Positions 49,655-58,687 of a DNA stretch of 60,032 nt are shown here, piece after piece; within the stretch, counting starts at the first letter, position 1; every line of letters begins with the position of its first letter. Made by a program: the position numbers and the translations under genes. The stretch spans positions 1 to 60,032 of the forward strand of contig JALHMH010000028.1 of the NCBI GenBank assembly GCA_022844165.1, written 5' to 3'. Under the pieces are notes generated by a model. It was not told where the DNA came from, did not search any database, and was given only the letters and a program-made list of their open reading frames with translations. This DNA comes from Lysobacterales bacterium. GTDB taxonomy: Bacteria; Pseudomonadota; Gammaproteobacteria; Xanthomonadales; SZUA-5.

Positions 49655-50512
49655 GTGGCTACCCGACTCTTGCCATTGCTCAGCCTCGAGCGCTTTCAGG
49701 CGCTGCGTGCGGCGTTCGACGGTGGCGCACTGGTTTGGCAGGGCTCGCTCGATCTCGATCGAAGCCAGGATGAGCTGATCCTGGACGCCGACGGCTTCGC
49801 CTGGCGCGGCGAGCACTGGCCCTGGCCCGTGGCAACTCTCAAAGACCGCACCTTGTACCGCTTTGACGGCACCGCGTGGGCACCAGTACAGCGCTTCAAC
49901 ACCTCGCTGATCAAGCTGATCCCGACCGGCTGGGGTCCGCCGACGTTCGAGATCGACGGCATCAAAATGCTGCCAACAGCACAGGTCTCGCCCTGGGACG
50001 ACGCAGCGACCAAGGTCGCATTGGTGCAGCCGCGCGGCCGACGCCTGCTGGACTGCTGCGGCGGCCTTGGCTACTACGCCGCGCACGCGTTGGCGAACGG
50101 CGCGACCCACGTGCATAGCTTCGAGAAGAATCCGGACGTACTGTCGCTACGGCAAATAAACCCGTGGTCGCCGGATGTTGACGATCCGGCGTACGCCGGA
50201 CGATTCACACTGACCGAAGGCGATGTATCGAAGTTCATCGCCGAGTTGCCCTGCGCCCACTTCGACGCGGCCCTGCACGACCCACCGCGCTTCGGCATCG
50301 CCGGCCAGCTTTACTCGCTGGACTTCTACGAGCAGCTTGCCCGCGTACTCAAACCGGGCGCACCGATGTTCCACTACACCGGCAACCCGAACGCAAAGAC
50401 CAGCGGCCGAGATGTGCCGGGTGAAGTCATCAAGCGGTTGGGCAAGGCGGGTTTCCGCGCCGAGCGAAAACTCGACGGCGTATTCGCGACCGCACTTGCC
50501 CGGCGGCGCTGA
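49655..50512 (+). CDS. SAM-dependent methyltransferase
   Basis: PTFEIDGIKM, LDCCGGLGY, HDPPRF and FHYTG motifs. Confidence 0.85.
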   Translation: MATRLLPLLSLERFQALRAAFDGGALVWQGSLDLDRSQDELILDADGFAWRGEHWPWPVATLKDRTLYRFDGTAWAPVQRFNTSLIKLIPTGWGPPTFEIDGIKMLPTAQVSPWDDAATKVALVQPRGRRLLDCCGGLGYYAAHALANGATHVHSFEKNPDVLSLRQINPWSPDVDDPAYAGRFTLTEGDVSKFIAELPCAHFDAALHDPPRFGIAGQLYSLDFYEQLARVLKPGAPMFHYTGNPNAKTSGRDVPGEVIKRLGKAGFRAERKLDGVFATALARRR

Positions 50513-50529
50513 TGCGCTGGCTGGAGGAC

Positions 50530-52047
50530 TCAGGCGGCGCTGAACAGATCCAGCGAGCGGTAGTACTCGTCGCCGTAGTTCAGGAAGTTGCACGCTTCGC
50601 GTTGCAATTGCGGCAGAGCGGCTGACGTTGCCGTGGCGCCGGTGTTGATCTGCAGCACGGCTTGCGCATACGACGCCAGCGCATCTGCGTTGCTTTCTCC
50701 GATCTGCTGCGCGGCGAGGAAGAGCAGGTCGTGATGGGCGATGGCGATTCCTGCTGAATGCGCGGGTGAGACGAGGCCGGAGAGGCGTTCGCCTGCGTGC
50801 AGGCGTTTGAGCAACGCCTTGTTCAAGGCGTGCGCGCGGCTTCGGGTTTCAGTTTGCGGGGCGGTTGCCGGGCCGAGATAGCCCAGGCACAGCATCAGGT
50901 CCAGCGTTTCGCGAATGCTTGCCGGGCTGGTGTTTGCGTGCGCGGGCAGCGCCATCAGTGCAGCGATGCTCTGCGGGCCGTTGGCGAGCGACGCGAGCAA
51001 CGCGTCGACCGTTTCATCGTTCAGACGCAGCGTTTCAATCGGCGTGCGCACACTGCGCGCGCAACTGGCTGGTGGGCGTTGCAAGGCGAGCAGGGTGGCG
51101 TTGTATTCCCGCTCGATGTCGGCGGCGCCCCGTGTGCGCGGGCTGCGCACGAACACATCGCGGCGCAGTGACGTTTGCTGGACGAAATCGCGCAGCAGTT
51201 CGCGCATTCCTAAGTCTTCGGTGGCGTCGATCAGGGCGCGCGAAGCGGAGGGCAGCGACCATCGGGGAAAGTTGGAAAACAACTTGGCCGACGCGGCAAA
51301 CTGCAAATCGGCGCGTGCCATGTCGATGGCGACATCGGTGTGATAGAAGGGTGTCCAGCCGCGCGGTGCGAATTCGTGCAGCAGGTAGGCGTCGCTGGCG
51401 CTGGTGATGTCGCGCAGCGCGGTGCGCGCGCCGGGGTTCGTAGCGAAGTAGGCGGCGCCGGCGGCATCCAGTTGCCCCAGCAGATCGCGTGCGGCGTGGA
51501 AACGTTGCAGCGCACTGCCGTCGGTTTGCCTTTGCGCAGCTTCGCTCATCAGGCGTTGCAACGGTGCCTTGTTGGCCCAGCCGGGCATTGCGTTGTAGGA
51601 CACGTAGACCACGCCACCCGGTTTGAGCAGACGCGCGATGAGGGCGACGATGTGGGCACGGTTGTCCGCATTGACCCAGGTGTAGACGCCGTGCAGGACG
51701 ATGAAATCCATGGGCGGCAGATCGCGGTCTTGCAACTGAGCAAAGCTGTCCTGCATGAGTTGTAGATTGCCTAAGCAGGCTTGGGTTGCAAGGGACTGCG
51801 CGGCGGCCACGTGCGCGGGCATGAAGTCGTTGCCGAAGAATCGCCCTTGCGGGTGCACGGCGGCCAGCATGTTGAGACCGAGGCCCTGACCGAAACCGAG
51901 TTCCAGGTAGGTGAAATCCGCGTCGATCCTGGGCGCGGCCAGCCCGGCCTGCAGCAGTGCCAGGCGCAGATGCGCAGGCGCCATCTCGGGGAAATGGTTG
52001 ACGCTGTAGGGAAGCTCAGTGACGTATCCGTCAGTCCAGTCATCCAT
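50530..52047 (-). CDS. Class I SAM methyltransferase with methyltransferase regulatory domain
   Basis: LELGFGQG, DFIVLHGVYTWV, LKPGGVVYVSYN and YLLHEF motifs. Confidence 0.88.
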   Translation of the reverse strand: MDDWTDGYVTELPYSVNHFPEMAPAHLRLALLQAGLAAPRIDADFTYLELGFGQGLGLNMLAAVHPQGRFFGNDFMPAHVAAAQSLATQACLGNLQLMQDSFAQLQDRDLPPMDFIVLHGVYTWVNADNRAHIVALIARLLKPGGVVYVSYNAMPGWANKAPLQRLMSEAAQRQTDGSALQRFHAARDLLGQLDAAGAAYFATNPGARTALRDITSASDAYLLHEFAPRGWTPFYHTDVAIDMARADLQFAASAKLFSNFPRWSLPSASRALIDATEDLGMRELLRDFVQQTSLRRDVFVRSPRTRGAADIEREYNATLLALQRPPASCARSVRTPIETLRLNDETVDALLASLANGPQSIAALMALPAHANTSPASIRETLDLMLCLGYLGPATAPQTETRSRAHALNKALLKRLHAGERLSGLVSPAHSAGIAIAHHDLLFLAAQQIGESNADALASYAQAVLQINTGATATSAALPQLQREACNFLNYGDEYYRSLDLFSAA

Positions 52048-52201
52048 GGTGTTTGTGGTGATGGCGGCAGGGGGCGGGGCGGCGATCCTGCCGGGTTAGC
52101 TACCGTCAAACAACCTGCAGGGCCGGAAAATGCTCAGGGTTCGTGTCCGAAACTGAGCGGCGAGCTTTCCGCGCTGCGGGATCTGACGCTACGCACGAGC
52201 A

Positions 52202-52446
52202 CTAGCGAGGCTTCGCCTCGGACCACCGAGCACTGTTGGCTTCGCTCGGCAGCGTACTTGCCGAAACCCCGCGCTTGGCGCATTTCCGGCCCGGCAGCAA
52301 AGCCGCCGGTCGTTCGGATCGGCACATGCCTATTGGCGTCTGAGCGCCGGTCCTCGCCCCGCTGACCCATGGGGGCTTCAACAGCCAAAGCCACTTCGAA
52401 AAAATTTGACTCATTTGTCCAGATCCCGCTCTTTCGAGGACTCTAG
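52202..52446 (-). mobile_element. ~240-bp structured dispersed repeat, copy D
   Basis: CTAGCGAGGCTTCGCCTC...GAGGACTCTAG; CTAG at both ends. Confidence 0.8.
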
Positions 52447-52500
52447 AGCCGGGTTCGCCAGCATCGGCGCAATCGCGAGGACAAGACGATCCGATTGGAA

Positions 52501-53466
52501 TCAGTGCCCGGAATCCAATCGTTGCAAGCCACTCACCCGCCTGCCATCGACCACCAGCGACAGCAACTCCGGCCGCGAGTAGTGGCCGAAAGGATCGAAG
52601 GTCTGGCGTTCTTCGCGGACGCGGGCGTGGTCGAGCTGCGCCAGCAGCAGTTCTTCGCGGCCGACGACGGGCTCGATGACGAAACGGCCGTCGGGTCCGG
52701 CGATGCAGGAGCCGCCGTCGGCCATCACCTCGGGCAAATGGTCGCGCAACAGGTTTCCTTCGGGCAGCGCGTCGGGCAAATCGTCGCGGTGCAGCACGGA
52801 ACTCACGGACAACGCGAAGCTGCGGCCTTCGCGGGCGATGAACGGGGTGATGGTTTCAGTGTTGCGGCGACTTCCGGGCCAGGAGGCGATGTGCAGCGAT
52901 TCGCCTTGTGCATACAGGGCGGCGCGAGCCAGCGGCATCCAGTTTTCCCAGCAATTGAGGCTGCCCACGCGGAACTCGCCGAGCGGATGGCAGCGCAGGC
53001 CGTGTGCGTCGCCGGGCGACCAGACGAGGCGTTCTTCGTAGGTCGGCATCAACTTGCGATGTACGCTTCGGATCGCGCCTTCGGCATCAATAGTGACCAT
53101 CGACGCGAACACGCTGAGGCCGCGCGCGACATCGCGCTCGATGACGCCGCAGACGATCCAGATCTGATGGCGCGCTGCGGCGGCGCACAGCGGTGAGAGA
53201 TGGCCGACGTTGATCTGCACGGCCTGATCGCAATAGTGCGCATACAGGCGTTTTTGCAGCGGCGACTCAAAGCGCGCTCCGTCGGTATTTTCCACCCAGA
53301 ACGGATAGCCGGGCAGCAGGCCCTCGCTGAAGGCCACCAGACTCGCGCCTTCGCGCGCGGCGCGCTCCACCCACGAGAGCATCTTCTGCAGCGTGGCCTG
53401 CCGATCCAGCCAGACCGGCGCGATCTGGGCCAGGGCAACGGTCAACGTGTCGGCGCGGATGCTCAT
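52501..53466 (-). CDS. Nitrilase-family carbon-nitrogen hydrolase
   Basis: FSEGLLPGYP, HRKLMPT and NCWENW (E-K-C triad); FDPFGHYSRP. Confidence 0.92.
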   Translation of the reverse strand: MSIRADTLTVALAQIAPVWLDRQATLQKMLSWVERAAREGASLVAFSEGLLPGYPFWVENTDGARFESPLQKRLYAHYCDQAVQINVGHLSPLCAAAARHQIWIVCGVIERDVARGLSVFASMVTIDAEGAIRSVHRKLMPTYEERLVWSPGDAHGLRCHPLGEFRVGSLNCWENWMPLARAALYAQGESLHIASWPGSRRNTETITPFIAREGRSFALSVSSVLHRDDLPDALPEGNLLRDHLPEVMADGGSCIAGPDGRFVIEPVVGREELLLAQLDHARVREERQTFDPFGHYSRPELLSLVVDGRRVSGLQRLDSGH

Positions 53467-53582
53467 CAGCGGGCTCAGGCGAGGCGGGACGAGAAGTATG
53501 ACCGCCCCGGCGCCGTCGCGACGAACGTCGAGAGCAGCACGACTTTCGCGCCCCGACATTCCGCCGTTTTCACCGGCGCACC

Positions 53583-54863
53583 CTACTCAAAGCCATCCCT
53601 GAACAACGCGTCGCGCTGCTGCACGAACACCAGGCCGCGGTCGATGGCGCCGGGTTCGTCCGCGGTGTTGTCGCCCACCAGCACCTGGGCGCCGGCGATG
53701 GCTACGCTGTTGCCGTAACTGCTGACCGATCCAGTGTTGCGATACCAGGACTCCACAGGCGCCCAGGCGCCGTTGCTCTGGCGGCGAAACAGCACTGCCG
53801 CACCTCCGACAGTCGCAGTCGCACTGCCTTGCGGGTCGCCGCCGAGCAGCAGATCGCCCTGCAGGTTGACGCCGGTGCCGAAGCTGCCGCGCGCGCTCAG
53901 CGGTGAATCCACGCGCGCGCTCTGGGTCCAGGTGTTGCCAGTGCGCTCGAACACGAACACCGCGCCGACGATGCTGTTGCCCACGAGTGCGCCAGCCAGC
54001 GGCGCACCGACCGCCAGCCGGGTTCCGGTGCTGTCCAGCGACAAGGTCAGGCCGAACAAGAGCGCCGCATTGGCACCCTGATTTGCGGTCATCCGGAAGC
54101 GTTGGTTCAGCGTCCACACCGCCGAACTGCCGTCGCCCGTGCGCGAAAAGGCATAGGCATTGCCGGTGGCGTTGTTTGGATCAGCGTCGATGGGCGAACC
54201 CACAACCAGTTGATTTCCGCGAAGTCCGAGCGCAAAGCCGAACCGCCCCGCGCCGACGAGATTGGAGACCAGCTTGCTGTGGAACACCCAGTTCTCGGCC
54301 AGGTTATCGAAACGATACATGTACACCGCGCCCGCGCCGGACAGGTCAGGCGCACCGATAGCCAGCCAGCCGGCGTCGACGTCACTGCGCAGTCCGAACC
54401 AGCCATTGAAGGGGACGTCCATCGGCGCGGCAATGCTCTGCAGTAGCTGGAAGCTGCTGCCGTTGTTGCCGTAGATATGCAGAGCACCACGACCGTCGTT
54501 GCCGAATGGAGCGCCGACCAGCAGCGTGTTGGCCACGACGGTCACACTGTAGCCATAGCCATCGCCCAGGGCTGGCGTCGGCGCCTGCAATGCCTGCGCG
54601 TAGTTCCAGTTGCTGCCCGTGCGCCGGAACACGAATGCCGTGCCGGCGACGTTACTGCCTCCGCCCGTGTTGTGCGGCGCACCGATGGCTGCAATATCAC
54701 CACTCACGGACATGTTCTGCGAAAAGAAGCGGATCGGCGTCGGCGCGCCCGCCTGAGCCGGACTGAGCACCTGGATCGGCGCGGGAACCGTGGCCTGCAC
54801 AGCACCGGCGAGGAGCAATAGAAGCGTTGCCGAACAGGCCGGCAGTCGAATCGAGAATCGCAT
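53583..54863 (-). CDS. Secreted FG-GAP repeat protein with C-terminal DALFRDGFE
   Basis: Signal peptide; repeated FG...L(A/V)VGAP..G.V.VF units. Confidence 0.85.
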   Translation of the reverse strand: MRFSIRLPACSATLLLLLAGAVQATVPAPIQVLSPAQAGAPTPIRFFSQNMSVSGDIAAIGAPHNTGGGSNVAGTAFVFRRTGSNWNYAQALQAPTPALGDGYGYSVTVVANTLLVGAPFGNDGRGALHIYGNNGSSFQLLQSIAAPMDVPFNGWFGLRSDVDAGWLAIGAPDLSGAGAVYMYRFDNLAENWVFHSKLVSNLVGAGRFGFALGLRGNQLVVGSPIDADPNNATGNAYAFSRTGDGSSAVWTLNQRFRMTANQGANAALLFGLTLSLDSTGTRLAVGAPLAGALVGNSIVGAVFVFERTGNTWTQSARVDSPLSARGSFGTGVNLQGDLLLGGDPQGSATATVGGAAVLFRRQSNGAWAPVESWYRNTGSVSSYGNSVAIAGAQVLVGDNTADEPGAIDRGLVFVQQRDALFRDGFE

Positions 54864-55121
54864 TGACAATGCACTCCGTATGGACAGCGTGCAGTTTTTC
54901 CGGCCAGACGATGCGGCGAATCCCATATCCATGGGGGCAAACGCGCCGCCATGCTGGTTGCGCGTGTTCCCCGCGCGCGAAGGCGATACCTGTCGTCCGC
55001 AGACCGGTCAGAATTTGCGAGATTTGCGCGGCCGATATCATCTTCCTTTCCTGATAGCCTCGACCCGAGCATGTCAAGTCTTGGCGCGCTCTCAACGATA
55101 CAATCACCAGGGGAACATCAA

Positions 55122-55484
55122 ATGAGTCTCTCGCGAATACAGGCTATATTCAATTTATCTAGCTCTACAGCAACGTTTACCGATCACGAGAATAAAGGAC
55201 CAAGTCCCATCCAATTGTCGCCAGCCAATGCGTCCGGCTACAGCAACACACCGGTGCCCTGGTACAATTCCAAGAACTTCACCAGCCATAACATAGAGAT
55301 TCAGGTTGGCAACAACACTTTCTACGTTTGGCAATACGGTGACAATATCTACTACTCGACATCTGTTATTTCAGGTGATAATCCCATCTCCAATTCAACG
55401 ACACTAATTGGAGCTGCCGGCAGTCCCATTGCGCTTTACATCAATGCCGGTGCCACACCATCGACGATGCCGTGGGCGAACTAG
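55122..55484 (+). CDS. Hypothetical Asn/Ser-rich protein
   Basis: GGGGA RBS; 120 aa; clearly lower GC than the host background. Confidence 0.7.
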   Translation: MSLSRIQAIFNLSSSTATFTDHENKGPSPIQLSPANASGYSNTPVPWYNSKNFTSHNIEIQVGNNTFYVWQYGDNIYYSTSVISGDNPISNSTTLIGAAGSPIALYINAGATPSTMPWAN

Positions 55485-55991
55485 ATTTCGGCTTTCAGAT
55501 TTTCTGCTTGGTAGACGGAAGAATGAACTAGCCGTTTCGCGCAGGTCGAGTTTCTACTCGAGGCGACTCGACTTGCGTTACGGTGGGTGCTGATGAGTTA
55601 CCCCCGAAAATTAAGAAAATCGGCATGGGCAATTCGTGCGCGATTTTTTAAAAGGCCCTTCGCGATTCGCGTCCACGATGCGTAACAACCCTGATCGGGC
55701 ATCGACTGCGCTCGAGATCTTGCAACTGGAGAGAACACACCGCGCAATCCGCGGCCCACCATCGTGACGAGGGCAAGTGGAACTTGTGGCCCGCTAGCTC
55801 GGCATTTCCCGCGTTGTATCAGAGTCGGGCGATTTTCTGGCAACCTCAGGCATTGATTGACCCGCCAGCTGTCTTGTTGGTTCAACAGGAATTGCCCAAT
55901 GATCGCGCCCCGTTTGTGGCCTCGTCAGCGCTTCACCCGTTCACGCTCATTCGACTATGATGGTCGTGATTCAGATGATGCAGACGATGTG

Positions 55992-56231
55992 ATGCGAACC
56001 ACAATTGACTTGCCAGACGCCAAACACCGCCAGCTCAAAGCGATCTCGGAGAAGCGTGCGATCAGTTTGGGGCAGCTGATTTCCGAGCTCACCGATATTG
56101 CGTTGGAAGGAAGGGGGGCGCCCGCGCCTGCGACAACACTCATGGCCAGTCAGCAGACAGGGCTGCTGACGCTGAGCGTCGGCCGACCGATCTCTAGCGA
56201 TGAAGTGTCATCGCTCATGGAAACGATGTGA
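55992..56231 (+). CDS. VapB-like antitoxin (ribbon-helix-helix)
   Basis: MRTTIDLPD N-terminus; overlaps the toxin start (GTGA). Confidence 0.85.
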   Translation: MRTTIDLPDAKHRQLKAISEKRAISLGQLISELTDIALEGRGAPAPATTLMASQQTGLLTLSVGRPISSDEVSSLMETM

Positions 56232-56632
56232 TTTTGTTCGACGTCAATGTACTGATTGCGCTTGGGAGCCGCGATCACGAAGGCCGAACCGCCGCAGAGC
56301 AGTTTTTCTGCGCGTTGACCAGTTCGTTCGCAACTTGTCCAATCACGCAGACGGGTTTTGTTCGTGTCCTGGCACAGATCGATCGAACCCTGGCGCTGAC
56401 CGATGGTGTAGCCGTTCTCGCCAGCATTTGCGCGCACCCGAGGCACCAATTCATCGCGGACGATGTCAACGCTTTGGATCTGCCATGGATGTCGATTCGC
56501 GGTCACCGGCAAGTCACTGACGCTTACCTCGCAGCATTGGCGCGCAAGCACTCTGCGAAACTCGCAACCTTCGATCGTGCGCTGGTAGCGATCCACCCTG
56601 ACGTTGCTGTGCTGGTGCGAGCCTCTGAGTAG
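56228..56632 (+). CDS. vapC: VapC PIN-domain toxin
   Basis: LFDVNVLIAL, TCPITQ.GF.R, QVTDAYLAALA and LATFD motifs. Confidence 0.9.
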   Translation: MILFDVNVLIALGSRDHEGRTAAEQFFCALTSSFATCPITQTGFVRVLAQIDRTLALTDGVAVLASICAHPRHQFIADDVNALDLPWMSIRGHRQVTDAYLAALARKHSAKLATFDRALVAIHPDVAVLVRASE

Positions 56633-56679
56633 GCGCTTTTAACGCCCGGCGTTAGTCGACCGGCAAACGTCAGGCGAGG

Positions 56680-56790
56680 AATGTCATGCGGCCGTATCTT
56701 GAGGCGCTCGAATGAGCAATCGCGCCGAATCGGTACGCGCCCGCTTGCTGAATGTGGCCAAGGTGCAGGGCGTGAATTTCAACCATGTCG
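56680..56790 (+). pseudogene. Remnant of an AbiEi-AbiEii (type IV TA) junction
   Basis: NVMRPYLEALE* overlaps (ATGA) MSNRAESVRARLLNVAKVQGVNFNHV; similarity is lost on both sides. Confidence 0.65.
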
Positions 56791-56990
56791 AAAACACGAA
56801 TCGGTGGCACGGAAGGCGAGTTTGCACGGGCAGCGCAGACTCAAGCTGAGGTCTGGATTTTCGCTAGCACTTAAAGACAGCGCGGCTGTTTCACCGCCCA
56901 TGATCTCTGGCCCACACGTCATGCGTATGCATGGGTGCCGGCGCAAATTGAGCGTCGAGTACCTATCCACTATCGCTACGGACTCTTTCA

Positions 56991-58199
56991 ATGAAAACCT
57001 GGTCTTTGATTTTTTCTTCGCTGCTTGCTGTTGGCGTCAGCGCCGCATCGGCTGCAACTCGCCCGCTTGATTTGCAGCACGTCTTTGGTACGGAACTGGT
57101 GCCCAACAAAGCTCTGATCGGTGCCGAATGGCACCATTTGGGCAAAGCCAAAATGGGGCGAGTTGGCGCCAGCGCCGAAGTCATCGAAACGCAGATACAA
57201 ACGCATCTTCAGGCGCTCGACAAGAAGGATGGTGCGCACTTCTGGATGGCCGTCGATCTCGTGAGCGGCGATGAGTATTTGGTGGAGTTGCCCAAAGACA
57301 TGGCCGGTGGCTTGCGCAGTTTGGCCACCAAGAGCGGCTGGGATATGGGCTTTGAAGGCACGGCGCCCAGTTTCGACGAGGAGTCGGCCGAAAAGGGCTG
57401 GAGCAACGGCACGGATGGACGCACGCGGCGCACCGACAACACCAGCTTCCCAAACCGCGCCTTAGGTCAAATCAACGGCGGGCTGCTGAGTGGTTGCAGC
57501 GGAACGCTCGTAGGAAGGCGCCACGTGCTGACTGCCGCGCACTGCTTGTACGACTTCGGCGATCAAGCATGGACGATCAATATGCGCTTTCGGCCCGGCC
57601 GCGAAGGCAGTTGCAACACGGCGGCCTGCCAGCCGTATGGCGCTCATACTGGGACTTGGTTTTTCACCCCAGTCAAGTGGCGTACCACCGGCAACTTCGC
57701 GTACGACTACGGCATGATTGTCCTGCAAGACACGCCGGGATTGGAAACTGGCTGGCTCGGCTATGCGGCCCTGGCATCAGAGACACTGCGCGACTATTGC
57801 GATGCGTCTCCGGCTGGTTTTTACTTTGGCCGTTGCATGAATCGAGGCTATCCGGCCTGCGGCTTTCCCGAAGCGCCCCTGGAATGCCGACTCAACAACG
57901 CCTGGCAGAACTGGGCCTATCAGGATGGCACCAACTCTTGCGAAATCGGCTCGTTTTACGGCGAAGCAGACGATGGTTGGCACGCGGCTTTCAGTACCAA
58001 TTGCGATATCAGCCGCGGGCATTCTGGCTCGGCGATTTATACCGATCGCTACAACAACGCTGCCCACGCGGTGTTCGGGATCGTCAGTACCCAGAAATGC
58101 AGCACCTGCACCGCAAACGACGACTTTCCGAATGGGATCCGTCGCATCACACCAGAAGTGCTCGACATGATCAGCTACTTCAAGGCTGAGAAACCCTGA
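56991..58199 (+). CDS. Secreted trypsin-like (V8/glutamyl endopeptidase-type) serine protease
   Basis: Signal peptide; CSGTLVG..VLTAAHC; DYG; GHSGS. Confidence 0.9.
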   Translation: MKTWSLIFSSLLAVGVSAASAATRPLDLQHVFGTELVPNKALIGAEWHHLGKAKMGRVGASAEVIETQIQTHLQALDKKDGAHFWMAVDLVSGDEYLVELPKDMAGGLRSLATKSGWDMGFEGTAPSFDEESAEKGWSNGTDGRTRRTDNTSFPNRALGQINGGLLSGCSGTLVGRRHVLTAAHCLYDFGDQAWTINMRFRPGREGSCNTAACQPYGAHTGTWFFTPVKWRTTGNFAYDYGMIVLQDTPGLETGWLGYAALASETLRDYCDASPAGFYFGRCMNRGYPACGFPEAPLECRLNNAWQNWAYQDGTNSCEIGSFYGEADDGWHAAFSTNCDISRGHSGSAIYTDRYNNAAHAVFGIVSTQKCSTCTANDDFPNGIRRITPEVLDMISYFKAEKP

Positions 58200-58225
58200 T
58201 CTGCATGCGTCGCGGTTGATTGGCA

Positions 58226-58252
58226 GGGGTGCCGGGTGACCGGCGCCCTTTG
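58226..58252 (+). terminator. Putative intrinsic terminator
   Basis: GGGTGCCGG-GTGA-CCGGCGCCC stem followed by TTT, downstream of the protease stop. Confidence 0.55.
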
Positions 58253-58384
58253 CGCGTTGATATGAACAGATTTCTGATCGCAAGGCATGCTCCGACCAAT
58301 GCTTGTTCCCGCTTCATTCAGTACTTAACATCGCATCAATGAAGTACGGAGATCGCGAAGGTCAGCACGATGGATATTCCAGTC

Positions 58385-58447
58385 CATGTGAGTCCACGAT
58401 TCCGGAGCATGTGAGTCCACGGTTCCGACGGATGGGAGTCCAGAGTC
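58385..58447 (+). repeat. 23-bp-period tandem repeat CATGTGAGTCCACG(A/G)TTCCG, about 2.5 copies
   Basis: Units start at 58385, 58408 and 58431 (third is degenerate). Confidence 0.8.
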
Positions 58448-58451
58448 TGTC

Positions 58452-58594
58452 GCTCTCTCTCCTCCTCTCCTCTCTGCGCCTCTCTTCCTCTCCTCTCTGC
58501 GCCTCTCTTCCTCTCCTCTCTGCGCCTCTCTTCCTCTCCTCTCTGCGCCTCTCTCCTCTCCTCTCTGCGCCTCTCTCCTCTCTTCCTCTTCTGC
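58452..58594 (+). repeat. Pyrimidine-rich 23-bp tandem array (CTCTGCGCCTCTCTTCCTCTCCT)n
   Basis: TGCG anchors at 58475, 58498, 58521, 58544, 58566 and 58592. Confidence 0.9.
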
Positions 58595-58687
58595 GGACAC
58601 CCTGCAGCCGTCAGAAAATTCTGACACCACTTTCAGCGTAAGCCAAGCCCTACAGACAAGCTCAGCGGTCATCGCAATGATCGCCGC

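Noticed and set aside
56638-56676. attC-like TTTAAC...GTTAG/GTCAGGC after vapC
   Set aside because: Too short for an attC site, no matching L boxes, and no integron integrase in the window.
58385-58594. Possible CRISPR array
   Set aside because: Units are contiguous tandem repeats without unique spacers, and there are no cas genes in the window.
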